Origin: Eledone cirrhosa
Taxonomy: Eukaryota
DNA length: 64,000 bases
Direction of reading: 5' to 3'
Assembly (NCBI GenBank): GCA_964016885.1
Contig: OZ024755.1
Location: 33,418,001-33,482,000, forward strand
Below, in pieces: positions 1 through 12,164 of the stretch; positions within the stretch are counted from its first letter, which is position 1, and every line of letters begins with the position of its first letter. Made by a program: the position numbers and the translations under genes. Under the pieces are notes generated by a model. It did no database searches. It was given only the letters and a program-made list of their open reading frames with translations, and was not told the origin of the DNA.

Positions 1-328
1 TCAGAAAAAAAGAATACTGTCCTTCCTCGTGGAACATTACACATTTATTTTTTTTTTTTGCTACTATGATTATTTGAATGTATTCAATCCAAATATTGTT
101 TTCCTGAAGCACAGCTTAACATTTCTTTATTGACCATCAGAATAAGTCTTCTGTTTTCTCTGTTACTGTTTATAAGATTTAATTTTCTTAAAGATTCCTT
201 CCGTTTCATGTTAGTTTCAAAATAATTAGTCTACACCATCAATTCCTGATACATGTCTTCTGTTGTTCTTACTACTGTTAACAGTTGACACTATGTAAAT
301 CGGTGAAGATGATTCCAAACAATCATTT

Positions 329-845
329 AATGAGTTCATTGAAGTAAGATCTCTGTCAACCACTGCTAGCTTGGGGTCAAGATAAGAACATCCATGTGGT
401 AGCCCTGGGAGTGTCAATAAGACCGACAAATGAGTTCATTGAAGGAAGAACTCTGTCAAACACTGCTAGCTTGGGGTCAAGATAAGAGCGTCCATGTGGT
501 AGCCCTGGGAGTGTCAATAAGACCAACAAATGAGTTCATTGAAGGAAGAACTCTGTCAATCACTGCTAGCTTGGGGTCAAGATAAGAGCGTCCATGTGGT
601 GGCCCTGGGAGTGTCAATAAGACTGACAAATGAGTTCATTGAAGGAAGAACTCTGTCAATCACTGCTAGCTTGGGGTCAAGATAAGAGCGTCCATGTGGT
701 AGCCCTGGGAGTGTCAATAAGACCAACAAATGAGTTCATTGAAGGAAGAACTCTGTCAATCACTGCTAGCTTGGGGTCAAGATAAGAGCGTCCATGTGGT
801 AGCCCTGGGAGTGCCGATAATACCGACAAATGAGTTCATTGAGTA
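329..845. repeat. 100-bp tandem repeat, 5 units
   Basis: TGAGTTCATT recurs at 331, 431, 531, 631, 731 and 831; units are near-identical. Confidence 0.95.
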
Positions 846-921
846 TCAACAAAATCAACTAGATTGACAAGATATTGTTAACTCTATCACCACCACAGAA
901 GACATGACAAGAAGAAGAAGA
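373..921 (+). mobile_element. 5'-truncated non-LTR retroelement 3' end (Vingi-like tail), partly tandem-amplified
   Basis: Ends in GACATGACAAGAAGAAGAAG, the same tail as the Vingi-like element at 31020 (- strand). Flanked by an 11-bp direct repeat ACTGCTAGCTT (362-372, 922-932). Confidence 0.6.
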
Positions 922-1039
922 ACTGCTAGCTTTAGAATGGTGATCTACAAGTCTTAGTTCTGATTTTTACATCATCAGATCCATAATAAGGATGTAATAC
1001 CTATAACTATAAAATCAATATAATATATTTTTTACGGTT

Positions 1040-1695
1040 CAATAATTATAATAATAATGCTTTCGGATTAAGTCAAAAGGCCAGTAATTTTGGGGGAGGG
1101 GAAAGTCAATTAAATTGACCCCAGTGCAGTACTGGTACTTTATTTCATTGGCCCCGTAAGGATGAAAGGCAAAGTTAACCTCGGCGGGATTTGAACTCAG
1201 ATCATAAAGGGACATAACTATGTTAGAAAACATGGCGTCTGACCCTCTACCGATACTGCCAATAATAATTGTTTCTACTTTTGGCACAAGGCCAGCAATT
1301 ACTCCAGTGTATTACTGGTACTCTATTTTATCGACCCCGTAAGGATGAGAGGCAAAGTTAACCTCAGCGGGTTTTGAACTCAGACCGTAAAGGGACGTAA
1401 CTCTATGCTGCAAAGCATGGCGTCAGACTCTCTACTAATACTACCAATTCACCGCCCTAAAAATAACGATAATAATAATGGCTTCTGATTAAGGCAAAAG
1501 GCCAGCAATTTTGGGGGAGGGGAAAGTCGATTAAATCGACCCCAGTGCATTACTGGTGCTTTATTTTGTCAGCTCCGTAAGGATGAAAGGCAAAGTTAAC
1601 CTCAGCAGGATTTGAACTCAGATCATAAAAGGCCGCAACTCTATGCCGTAAAGCACATTGTCCAATGCTCCACTGATATTACCAATCCACCACCC
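1040..1695 (-). mobile_element. Three adjacent copies of tRNA-derived SINE family B
   Basis: Each copy has an A-box-like head (TGGCAGTATCGGTAGAG), a B-box-like GAGTTCAAATCC and the core GAGGTTAACTTTGCCTTTCATCCTTACGGGGTCGATAAAATAAAGTACCAGT. The family recurs more than 10 times in the window. Confidence 0.85.
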
Positions 1696-1712
1696 TAATG
1701 ATGAGAAGAAGA

Positions 1713-2051
1713 ATCATCATCATCATCATTTTACGTCCGCTTTTCCCTGCTTGCAAGGGTGGGACGGGAACTGATTCTGGCTTGATTTCTACAGCTGGAT
1801 GCCCTTCCTAACACCAACCTCATTTACAGTGAGTGCTAGGTGCTTTTTTGCCGTGGCACCTCCACGACCACTTTGCAGTGGAATGATAGGGACCCCAGTC
1901 CTATCATCTCATTTCTACAGCTGAGTAAACTGGAGCAATGTGAAATAAAGTGTCTTGCTCAAGGAAACAACACATCACCCGGTCTGAGAATTGAACTCAC
2001 AACCTTTCGATTGCAAGGCCAATGCTCAAACCACTAAGCCATGTGCCTCCA
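1713..2051 (-). mobile_element. tRNA-derived SINE family A, full length, with RTE-type 3' tail
   Basis: Head GGAGGCACATGGCTTAGTGGT...GTGAGTTCAATTCTC, core CCTTGAGCAAGACACTTTATTTCAC, tail CCCTTGCAAGCAGGGAAAAGCGGACGTAAAA(TGA)n. Confidence 0.9.
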
Positions 2052-2234
2052 TGAATATAAAACTTAACCCGCATTACCATTATGAATTAGAAACAATATC
2101 ATCCGTACTACTATTTAGTTTCCACTGCATATAAATTCATAATGATCAGAATAGTTTTACATGTTTGCTCACTTTAGAGGAAATATTTTATATGGCTATG
2201 TTTCTCTGAGGAGGCTTAGGAAAGGAAAAACGAT

Positions 2235-2468
2235 TGATAGGATCCCAGACCTCATTCGCTTGCATCATCAAAACGGACCAAGGAAACAATGTTTCCATTG
2301 GTCTTTCCATTGCTGATACTATTTACTGGTCGCTACTCCTGACAGAAGCAGCAACGTGAAATATAGTGTCTTGCTCAAGGACACAATGCATCATCTGGTC
2401 TGAGAATTGAACTCGCAACCTCACAATTGCGAAACCAACTCTCTAACCACTAAGCCACACGCCTTCAC
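2235..2468 (-). mobile_element. tRNA-derived SINE family C
   Basis: tRNA-like head and CCTTGAGCAAGACAC core, with a different tail shared with 10717-10950. Confidence 0.7.
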
Positions 2469-2959
2469 AAAGAGGAGGCCTTATATGACTGAAATATGTT
2501 TGGAGTTGTTGCCATAGCTGCCAAAGCCCACACATTGGAATATAATTTAGTTTATTTCTACAACTTAGCATTTTAAAAAGATTTCATTAACCTGTTGACT
2601 GCTGCATATATATTTTACACAGCTACAGTTGCTGTGCCAAGTTTTTCATTTTCAGTAAAATGACTTCTTTTTTAAAACAAATATTTATAAACAACACATA
2701 TATGAATGATTGACAAACGCCACATCAATAAATTAGTAACCCCATCTAGTTTTGAAAAGTTGAACTATTGAAAACGATTTCATAACTTTGAAGTTATGAA
2801 CGGTTGGAAAAAAGTTCAAATATGTTAGTACGAGTTATCTTGTCTGAGCCACTGGAATGCATACATGTTAAGATGAGTTATTTCGTCTACAGCACTGAAG
2901 AGATTAAAAATATTTTTAATGTTGATTTGAAATTGCCTGCTAAATATTGAATCTTAATA

Positions 2960-3988
2960 ACAAGTAATGTTTGGAACTCCTGTTCATCTGATTCACTGCA
3001 AGTAACGTTTGAACTTCTGTTCATCTGAACTACAAGTAATGTTTGAACTTCTGTTCATCTGAACTACAAGTAACGTTTGAACTTCTGTTCATCTGAACTA
3101 CAAGTAACGTTTGAACTTCTGTTCATCTGAACTACAAGTAATGTTTGAACTTCTGTTCATCTGAACTACAAGTAATGTTTGAACTTCTGTTCATCTGAAC
3201 TACAAGTAACGTTTGAACTTCTGTTCATCTGAACTACAAGTAACGTTTGAACTTCTGTTCATCTGAACTACAAGTAATGTTTGAACTTCTGTTCATCTGA
3301 ACTACAAGTAACGTTTGAACTTCTGTTCATCTGAACTACAAGTAACGTTTGAACTTCTGTTCATCTGAACTACAAGTAATGTTTGAACTCCTCTTCATCT
3401 GAACTACAAGTAATGTTTGAACTTCTGTTCATCTGAACTACAAGTAATGTTTGAACTTCTGTTCATCTGAACTACAAGTAACGTTTGAACTTCTGTTCAT
3501 CTGAACTACAAGTAATGTTTGAACTCCTCTTCATCTGAACTACAAGTAATGTTTGAACTTCTGTTCATCTGAACTACAAGTAATGTTTGAACTTCTGTTC
3601 ATCTGAACTACAAGTAATGTTTGAACTCCTCTTCATCTGAACTACAAGTCATGTTTGAACTTCTGTTCATCTGAACTACAAGTAATGTTTGAACTTCTGT
3701 TCATCTGAACTACAAGTAATGTTTGAACTTCTGTTCATCTGAACTACAAGTAATGTTTGAACTTCTGTTCATCTGAACTACAAGTAATGTTTGAACTTCT
3801 GTTCATCTGAACTACAAGTAATGTTTGAACTTCTGTTCATCTGAACTACAAGTAATGTTTGAACTTCTGTTCATCTGAACTACAAGTAATGTTTGAACTT
3901 CTGTTCATCTGAACTACAAGTAATGTTTGAATTCCTGTTCATCTGAACTACAAGTAGCATTTGAACTTCTATTCATCTGAACTACAAC
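2960..3988. repeat. 34-bp minisatellite, about 29 units
   Basis: Unit TACAAGTAAYGTTTGAACTTCTGTTCATCTGAAC; period 34 (3031, 3065, ...). Confidence 0.95.
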
Positions 3989-5363
3989 TACCTTTCTGAA
4001 TTAGTTGTTTCTTTGAATGATTATTACTTTAGACAACAAATAGTTAATTCCTCAAAGTTTTCTAGTATTTCTCTTGCTTTCTGGTTCGTTGAAATATGTT
4101 TGTAGTATTTTGTTTTATTTCAGCTCATCTGAACTGTCACTAAAAGCTGGTCCCAACATTCTTTCCCACGATTATGTGATCAATCACTGTAACATGTATG
4201 CATGAACAGCTTACTTAGAACTTCTAGAAGCAGACCGTCATCATAGGCTGTGAGTACATGACTTTTGTGGTGTCTTCTTTATATTACAACTGGCCTTCTC
4301 CATCAATATGTCCAAATAGTAGTTGTCTTTCTAACTACTTCAAATAGAGAAATAAACAGACAAACAAACAGATAACACTGAAAATACATTAAATTCACAT
4401 TATTCTTGCTGAAGTTATATACATTCTTGAAAACAGAAGCTTGTTTCTCAAATCTCAGGAATCATTCTAAAGTATATTACAAATGAATAACCACTTTCTA
4501 GTATTCTCTTGATTAGTCGAAATGTCATTCTATAAAAAGATTTATGTGGGTTGAAATTGGTAAGTGTTTGATTTTTCTCCAATTTTGTCATTTCTGTTGT
4601 TTTTGCTTTCATTAAGTGATATGTTGATTTAGTTTAAAAGTGCCTATCTAGTAGTTTATCTTATGAAGTTAAGACATTCAGTCATTTTAATATTGCTGCC
4701 TTAGAAAACCATGTGAGGATGAGTGATACAAACTTACAATTTTACACTGAGTAGTCAAATAGTTGAAGTCTGGGAAAATACTTTGTAATTATGGATTTCT
4801 ATGAAGTATTTTAGTATTAAATATTAAGACTGGGTTTAGATTTTAAAATGGATTAGTTTTAGATCATTTGTTTCAGTTGCTGAATACAATCAGGGGTCAC
4901 TGCTTCTCCTGAAGGTCAATAGTTCTCTTCTAACTCGAGCGGGAGCACCTTTCCATTGTCAATTTCTATTGATCATCTGCAAAGCCGCATTGTTCTCAGA
5001 ACCACTACACCAGTCTTTTGATATGTGCAGCTGGAACCACTGCCACCCATTGATTTGGCATGATTTTTTTTTTTTTTTTTAGATGGCCGTTGACTCTTAT
5101 GAGTTCTTCCGCCCTTTGTCAGGTTTTGTTTTTTGTCCTGCAGGGTGTCCAAAATCCTCCTCCGCACCAAGTAAACTTTGTGGGGTTGCCGGTTTAGTCA
5201 CCAACGACCTGACGATGTGACAGGTGGTACTAGGTTACATGCTACCAATAACACTCAAGAGTGACCCGTTTTAGATCAACAAATCATGGAGTGAAAAATC
5301 AAATAGATGACAACCAGCTTTTGTAAAGAAGAAAATGTCTTTGAAATTATGATATAGATATAT

Positions 5364-5805
5364 ATGCTGCATGGTAGTGAGACATGGGCAGCAACTGCAG
5401 AAGATATGCGATGGCTGGAGAGAAATGAAGCAAGAATGCTCCATTGGATGTGCAATGTCAATGTGCGTGAACAACCAAGCATAGACGAGTTGAGAAAGAA
5501 ACTGGGTATAAGAGGGATAAGTTGTGGTATGCCGGAGAGAAGGCTGAGATGGTATGGACATGTGATGCACATGGAGGATGTCTGATGGGTGAAGAAGTGC
5601 CAGGAAGTCGCAGTGGAGGGAAGACGCAGTAGAGGTAGACCACGAAAAACATGGGCGGAGATGGTGAGAGCAGACATAAGATCGCTGAAACTCACCGAGG
5701 AGATGACGAAGGACCGTAAAAAGTGGAGAGATGCTGTGCTGAATAGGACCCGTCCAACCCTTGCAAGCAGGGAAAAGCAGACGTAAACTGATGATGATGA
5801 TGATG
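5364..5805 (+). mobile_element. RTE-clade LINE 3' fragment (family A), decayed
   Basis: Translates MLHGSETWA...RRLRWYGHVM...GRRSRGRPRKTWAE...[14 protein letters not shown] with an internal stop; followed by a (TGA)n tail. Confidence 0.9.
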
Positions 5806-5820
5806 ATATATACATAGATA

Positions 5821-6213
5821 TGAGGGTAATCCCAAAAGTAAGGTCTCCAAAGCGATGGGGACAGAGAGAAACTGTTCGTACGGCTGTTGGCAACACTGTT
5901 GTGATTGGTGCTTCCTTCACTCCCAAACAAACATGCGCGTGCTTTGTTGGGATGCTCAATCTTGGCTTGGCAGCCGTTGAGAATGGAGCTCCCATTGAAC
6001 GCTACCACCAAATGCGAATTTTGCGCAGTTATTATATAGAGGGCAATCCCAAAAGTAAGGTCCCCTTCCGAGGAAAACATGCGTAAAGATCGGCGGATCA
6101 CTCTGGATGCTCTCTGCATTTTGGTTCTGGAGGTTTCCCGAAGCACCATCCACAGGATTTTAACAGAAAAGTTGCAATATCGGAAGGAGACCTTACTTTT
6201 GGGATTGCCCTCT
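5821..6213 (+). mobile_element. Mariner-type left end with transposase start, followed by a complete short MITE of the same family
   Basis: TIR GAGGGYAATCCCAAAAGTAAGGTC at 5822 and 6039, inverted copy at 6186-6212, TA flanks. ATGGAGCTCCC... reads MELPLNATTKCEFCAVI, similar to a mariner N-terminus. Confidence 0.75.
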
Positions 6214-8305
6214 TACAAACACGTACATGTACTGCATACATGTATCTAGAGAAAACTCCCCAACTCCCATTAGGGAACAATACAGCCTTTATCATCAAAT
6301 GGCTCAAGTACAAATATTAAAAGAATGAACTGACATTTTCTCAGTTGAAAATTAAGCAAATTTTCTGTTTCCTATGCCTAAAGAGGAAATAAACATCATT
6401 TTACATGCTAAGAAAACTCCACCTTCATTTAAAGATAACATTTGGATTAAAAATAACTCAAAACAGGATTTTGACATCTGTGTGGGCAGATATAATGCTG
6501 CTGAAATAAGTAATAATGTCAACCTATTGATCCTAGACTAACTACACATCAAATTACCACTAATCAATGGAGGCCTTTATAGGAATAATGAGTTCTTGAT
6601 CTTTAAAAGTATGTTGGGCCATCTCCTTGATTTTACTCAAAACTTTAAAAACTCACAGCACTCACTCTATAAAAAATGTTATAAGATGATGTAATACATA
6701 TATCTCTCATCCACAAACCATCCATAATCCAACCTACTCAAAAGTATTACACTTCAACTCTCTAAACATTCACATCAACAACAGCACACACACCTATTAC
6801 AATGCTTTGAAGCTCAGAAACCCAGAAACTTGGCAAAGACCACCTTAGCTTTATTTCATCCATATTCACATGCAAGATAGATAACCCTTAGAATTATTGC
6901 ACTACTGCCGCTAACAATTTGGCAAAATGGTGCCACTGTCAACCTTGCCATGTTTAGCAGTGACAACAGCAATACAGATTAGCTGTTGTTATTAGACAAA
7001 ATTGAAGAGAACACACCAGAAGGTTATTATGCAACCACTCTGATGTCTTCAAAATATGTATAACAGAAGCATGTAATAAACAGATGATGTACACACAAAA
7101 CCCTCTCTCTGCTTTATAATATATATCTAGAGAGAGAGAGAGAGAGAGAGCCAGGTATTGTAACGATATATTTTACAATATTGCATTATGTAATGTTGCA
7201 TTTTGTAATGTACAACACATTGTGATATTACATCATAAAATGTCACATATTCTGATGTTACATTATATAAATTAGCAGAAAAACTACCCTTCAGGTGGTT
7301 TTCTGCTAGCATGTGTAGTGTGCATATTGATATCATACGCAAATATATATGCATTTAGATATGATACGTCAAATAAAATCGTAATTGAGACTATGCAGAG
7401 AAATTGAAGAGAGACTGCGTTACACTGTCTTCTGTAATCAGTAAAGTAATCCATGAAACATTTAAAAAAGGTGATATTATATATAAGCCCCATTATGGTG
7501 AAATGTTATGAAATCGAAAAAGGAGAAAATTAGCAACAGAAATATAAACGTTATATAACGATGTAAATATATGAATGTTTATATAAGGGATATGATATAG
7601 CGTCCGTTATATCATAACTGGAAGTGTTGACATTTGAAAATTTTAAAAGAAGTGAATCTTAAAATAAGCAATCATTATATATAAGAATATTTATGTTTAA
7701 TCAACAGCTACAAAATTAGTAGATAAATTATGTAATATTCATTCATTATTTATTCAAAGTAATCCAACTTATTTTACTAACGGGATAAAAAAATATATTT
7801 AGGACACAGTCTCACACTCCTCCGGGGTCGATAAAATAAAGTACCAGTAATGCACTGGATAATTGCTGGCCTTGTGCCTAAAGTAGAAACAATTATATTA
7901 TGATACTCCACCATGTGACGTACCAATATATCTTGTTACATTTTATAGTAGTAAGTTTTGTGATGTAACATTTTACAACTTTCTTAACTCAAACACAAAG
8001 AAGAAACATTTATTGATAGCTTAATCATTTCTGCTTGCTTCAAATCTTAAATCTGTCTGTTGATATAGAGGTTTGAAAGGTCTAATTGAAAATTGATATG
8101 GTTAGGTGAGTAATGAATGGAAACTGATTTATATCATACCATACCACGGAAACACAATGAAGTCAAAGAGTGATACTTATTATTGATAAATAACCTAACA
8201 GTCCAAAATCAATTTAACTGAATATGTCAAGAGCTGTTTTAATAAAAGTTATCATAAATAATAGCTGCAATTTATGGTTGATAATCTTATATCCATACAT
8301 ATATA

Positions 8306-8357
<52 letters not shown>

Positions 8358-8410
8358 TAGATAGATATACATACATATATATACACACACACACATATAT
8401 ATATACATAC

Positions 8411-8441
<31 letters not shown>

Positions 8442-8831
8442 TATATATCATCCTCATCATCATCATCGTTTTACGTCCGTTCTTCCATGCTAGCATGGGT
8501 TAGACGGGTTGTCCTGTTGTGGGCAGTGTCTGGTCGGCTGACCATGCCTTGCTCATATAGGAACTGATTTTGGCTTGATTTCTACAGCTGGATGCCCTTC
8601 CTAACACCAACCTCATTTACAGTGAGTTGAGTGCTGGGTGCTTTTTCGTGTCGCCTACACGTCCACTTTACAGTGTGGGCTGGGTGCTTTTTTGCCGTGG
8701 CGCCTCCACGACCACTTTGCAGTGGGCGGGGGTGGGGGCATATTGTCTATATGCTTCAGCTTGTACCCAAGGGAGGTCGAGTACTCTGTATTACTGTTAT
8801 TTAATCTGTTATTTTATTTAATCTGTTATTT

Positions 8832-8873
<42 letters not shown>

Positions 8874-8914
8874 AAATGAAAATCCAAAGGCAAGGTAAAA
8901 TTCCAATCATCTAA

Positions 8915-8988
8915 TCACGACACATGTTTCAATAAGAGATAGATCGATTGTGAAGCCATGATCGATTATCACTGATCTCATCAGGTGA
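8915..8988 (-). ncRNA. Hammerhead ribozyme motif (minimal type I)
   Basis: Reverse-complement copy of 9330-9403. Confidence 0.7.
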
Positions 8989-9329
8989 AAATGAATTGTC
9001 TTCAAATTCTTGATATGAGGAAGAAAAAAATAACGATGTTCTCTCACAGAATTCATTCCCTCATATGAAGACACACCAGTCAGAGACACAGCGACTGCTA
9101 TTAACTTCAGTTGAGGTCAGAAAAGTTGTCGGATTTCTATCGCTGCAAAAAACGCTGGACATCAATCAAATCTGTAGGGATGTGAGTGGGTACACTTTCG
9201 GTGAATGCTGTGTTGGTACATTCTTATATTTGTTTCCTTATGTGTGTTTTCATATGAGGGAATGAATTCTGTGAGAGAACATCGTTATTTTTTTCTCCCT
9301 CATATCAAGAATTTGAAGACAATTCATTT

Positions 9330-9403
9330 TCACCTGATGAGATCAGTGATAATCGATCATGGCTTCACAATTGATCTATCTCTTATTGAAACATGTGTCG
9401 TGA
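9330..9403 (+). ncRNA. Hammerhead ribozyme motif (minimal type I)
   Basis: TCAC-CTGATGA-(47-nt stem II)-GAAA-C(ATGT)G-TC-GTGA; stem I TCAC/GTGA; GUC cleavage triplet. Confidence 0.75.
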
Positions 9404-9672
9404 TTAAATGATTGGAATTTTACCTGGCCTTCGGATTTTCATTTTGATACTTATACTCCGTTTTACATCATCTAGCTGTTCCCTTGAATGGAATTGGAGA
9501 TATACAAAAGCGTGGAGAACTTAATATTGCTAACATAAAGTTATTGGACCATTTTACACAACCAATAATGCACCTCACTATATAACAACTATATATATAT
9601 ATATATGTATATATAAGGCTCTGATACCATCACCACTATAAACAGAAAGCTGGCATATCTAAGAACTGACTA

Positions 9673-9728
9673 ACTGCCTGATGAGGTCATAGCCATTCAA
9701 TGGCTATCATCGAAATATATATAGCAGT
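9673..9728 (+). ncRNA. Hammerhead ribozyme motif (minimal type I) in a short (TA)n-flanked element (about 9615-9775)
   Basis: ACTGC-CTGATGA-ggtc ATAGCCA ttcaa TGGCTAT catc-GAAA-T(ATAT)A-TA-GCAGT. Confidence 0.85.
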
Positions 9729-9768
9729 AAATAAAGGATTATGAGTTCATGCAATTGACTTATGTTTC

Positions 9769-9817
<49 letters not shown>

Positions 9818-9821
<4 letters not shown>

Positions 9822-10059
9822 ATCCTTGAGTAAGACACTTTATTTCACATTGCTTCAGTTTACTCAGCTGTAGAAATGAGATGATAGTAAATGGGTCCCT
9901 ATCATTCCACTGCCACGGCAAAAAAGCACCCACCACTCACTGTAAATGAGGTTGGTGTTAGGAAGGGCATCCAGCTGTAGAAATCAAGCCAGAATCAGTT
10001 CCCGTCCTACCCTTGCAAGCAGGGAAAAAGCGGACATAAAATGAAATGAAAATGAAATG

Positions 10060-10060
<1 letters not shown>
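9818..10060 (+). mobile_element. SINE family A, 5'-truncated
   Basis: Core and tail match 1713-2051. Confidence 0.85.
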
Positions 10061-10092
<32 letters not shown>

Positions 10093-10716
10093 GAAGGAAT
10101 TTGTAGTTTACTTGAAACATTGTATATGGTATAAACAATTTGAAGTTGGAAAGCCACGACAATGCAGGTTTGGATGGAGAAAAAATTTAAAACGTCTCAA
10201 ATAATTATCTCACATAATATTGAATCTACAAGATTTTGATATTATTCATTTTGAGGACAATACCTCAACATCAGTATGAGCAGCTAGTTACAGCCAGTTT
10301 GAACAGAGAGAGGTGTGAGAATTCTGGCCGGATATCGTGTCATGACAAGAAGCACCCGGCCCATACTGTAAAGTGGTCGTGTTGGTGTCACAACAAAAAG
10401 CACCCAGTACTCACTGTAATGAGGTTGGCGTTAGGAAGGGCACCCAGCTGTAGAATCCAAGCCAAAATCAGTTCTGTATGAGAAAAACATGGTCACCTGA
10501 CCTAGCATGGCCCACAATAAGACAACTCATTTAACCCATGCTAGCGTGGAAACATGGACATAAAATGGTGATGATGATCTGAGATGGTCATTCCAGAACC
10601 AGATGATCTTTATCTATTTTAGACGTTGCACTAGTACCAGCAAACACCAGAGATTGTGTTATGATACATTGATTTATGTCCCTCTTGACTATGCCATATA
10701 TATATAGTAGTCCATG

Positions 10717-10950
10717 TGGAGACATGTGGCTGAGTGGTTAGGGAATTAGATTCACAATCCTGAGGTTGTGATTTCGATTCCCGGACCGGGCGATGCGTTA
10801 TGTCCTTGAGCAAGACGCTTCATTTCACATTACCTAAATTTGCAACCAACAGATAGTATTAGCAATTGGAAAGACCAATGGTAACTGTTTCCTTGGTCCG
10901 ATTTGACAAGCTCCATCTCAGTCATTAAGTTAATGAGGTCTGGGATCTTG
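10717..10950 (+). mobile_element. SINE family C
   Basis: tRNA-like head GGCTGAGTGGTTAG...TTCGATTCCC; tail shared with 2235-2468. Confidence 0.7.
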
Positions 10951-12090
10951 TTGAACAACTCTTGATATCTGAAGAGCTAGGAGGCCATATGTTTGGGGAG
11001 ATGTGATCAGGAAGATTATAACTCCACCATTCTTGGATAGTCTTGGCCATATTTGATGGTGTAGTCTTGTTGAAAGGTGCACATGACTCCTTTGTTCATG
11101 CTTTCTATCCACATTCTCAGAAACCTCTCCAACTCTACTTTATCGTCAGCAGCATTGACATTTAAACCCCAAGGAAATAAATCTAGAGGCATGACATATT
11201 TCCCATTACTCATGACTTCCAGAACTATCACAGTTGCCAGAAACTTTGTGCGCATAACCATTGGAACATCTTTAGGGTCTCTGCATAACCACCTGTCATT
11301 CATTTGGTTCTGGTCAAAGTTTTCCTCATCAGAAAAAAACTGAAGCATTTCAGGCTCTTGATTCTTCAACTTTCTCAAAAAGATCAGCCAGACATCTTTT
11401 GTGTTTGCAGACAAGAATTGGTCTCTCCACTTCACAGATGACTTGTATTGGAGATCTTAATGCACAATTCTTCCGATAGTGTACCTTGAAATCTTGAGCT
11501 CCTTAGCAATAGTGCTGACTATCTTCTAGGGTTCTTATCAATAATTTTCTGCATCTTTCACATAAATCTGTATGCTCTGGTGGTATTAAAACCATTAGGA
11601 GGCATTTTACGTTTGCCTACTGCTGTAAAATCCTAGTCAGTGGCTTCCAGTTTTTTGTGAATTTTGACAACAAATGATCAGGCAGTCATCAGCAAGTGAG
11701 CAATCTCTAAATTACTATGTTTTACCTTTAACACTTTAGCCATATCCGGCCAGAATTCTCTCACCTGTTTCTGTTTAAACCAGCCTTAACCAGCCCCTCA
11801 TACTGATGTTAAGGTATTGGTCTCAAAATAAATAACGTCAAAATTTCATAGATTTAATATTATGTAAGTTAATCATATAAGATCAAGCCTTTATCACAAA
11901 AATACAGTAGTATATATATAGAGTAATGTAAATGTTAAAGGGTTAAGGCAATGATTAAAGTGTGTCTTTTCATTTGCTGAACCAGCTTGATATTTGTTGT
12001 CATTTATCTTCAAAGAGAAGATAATCAGAACAATTTAGAAGGACTTTAGAGCTATTAAAAGACATGTCCTCAAAGAACTGAGCAACCATG
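10950..12090 (-). pseudogene. Decayed Tc1/mariner (maT/DD37D-like) transposase, interrupted by a piggyBac-type MITE
   Basis: ORF 11016-11435 reads FFSDEENFDQ...NDRWL...VPMVMRTKFLATVIVLEVMSNG...TFQQD, matching catalytic-domain motifs of maT-like transposases. Stops and frameshifts on both sides; ends approximate. Confidence 0.75.
11728..11946 (-). mobile_element. piggyBac-type MITE
   Basis: Termini match the family consensus TTAACCCTTTAGCATTTA...TAAATGCTAAAGGGTTAA (TTAA target, CCCT/AGGG ends). Confidence 0.75.
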
Positions 12091-12164
12091 TATATTTATG
12101 TATATATATATATATATATATCGTAGTTATAATGTAGAAAAGTAACACACATGTTGATATATAT

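Larger units (their letters stand above)
8869..9590. mobile_element. Palindromic Penelope-like (pseudo-LTR) non-autonomous element
   Basis: Inverted arms of about 208 bp (8869-9076 and 9242-9449) with a 165-nt spacer and a one-sided extension to about 9590. Flanked by (TA)n; each arm carries an HHR motif. Confidence 0.75.

Noticed and set aside
1980-2051. tRNA genes at SINE heads
   Set aside because: A and B boxes are present, but there is no complete cloverleaf and each head continues into a SINE body.
1-4400. Possible minus-strand host exons (acceptor-like sites near 1000 and 4380)
   Set aside because: All frames contain stops even after removing insertions, and no domain is recognisable.
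5100-5268. HDV-like ribozyme in a GC-richer, RTE-5'UTR-like segment
   Set aside because: I could not build the nested double pseudoknot by eye; an Infernal or RNArobo search would be needed.
5271-6149. 292-aa and 239-aa minus-strand ORFs
   Set aside because: They are antisense read-through across an RTE fragment and a mariner end, with no coherent protein.
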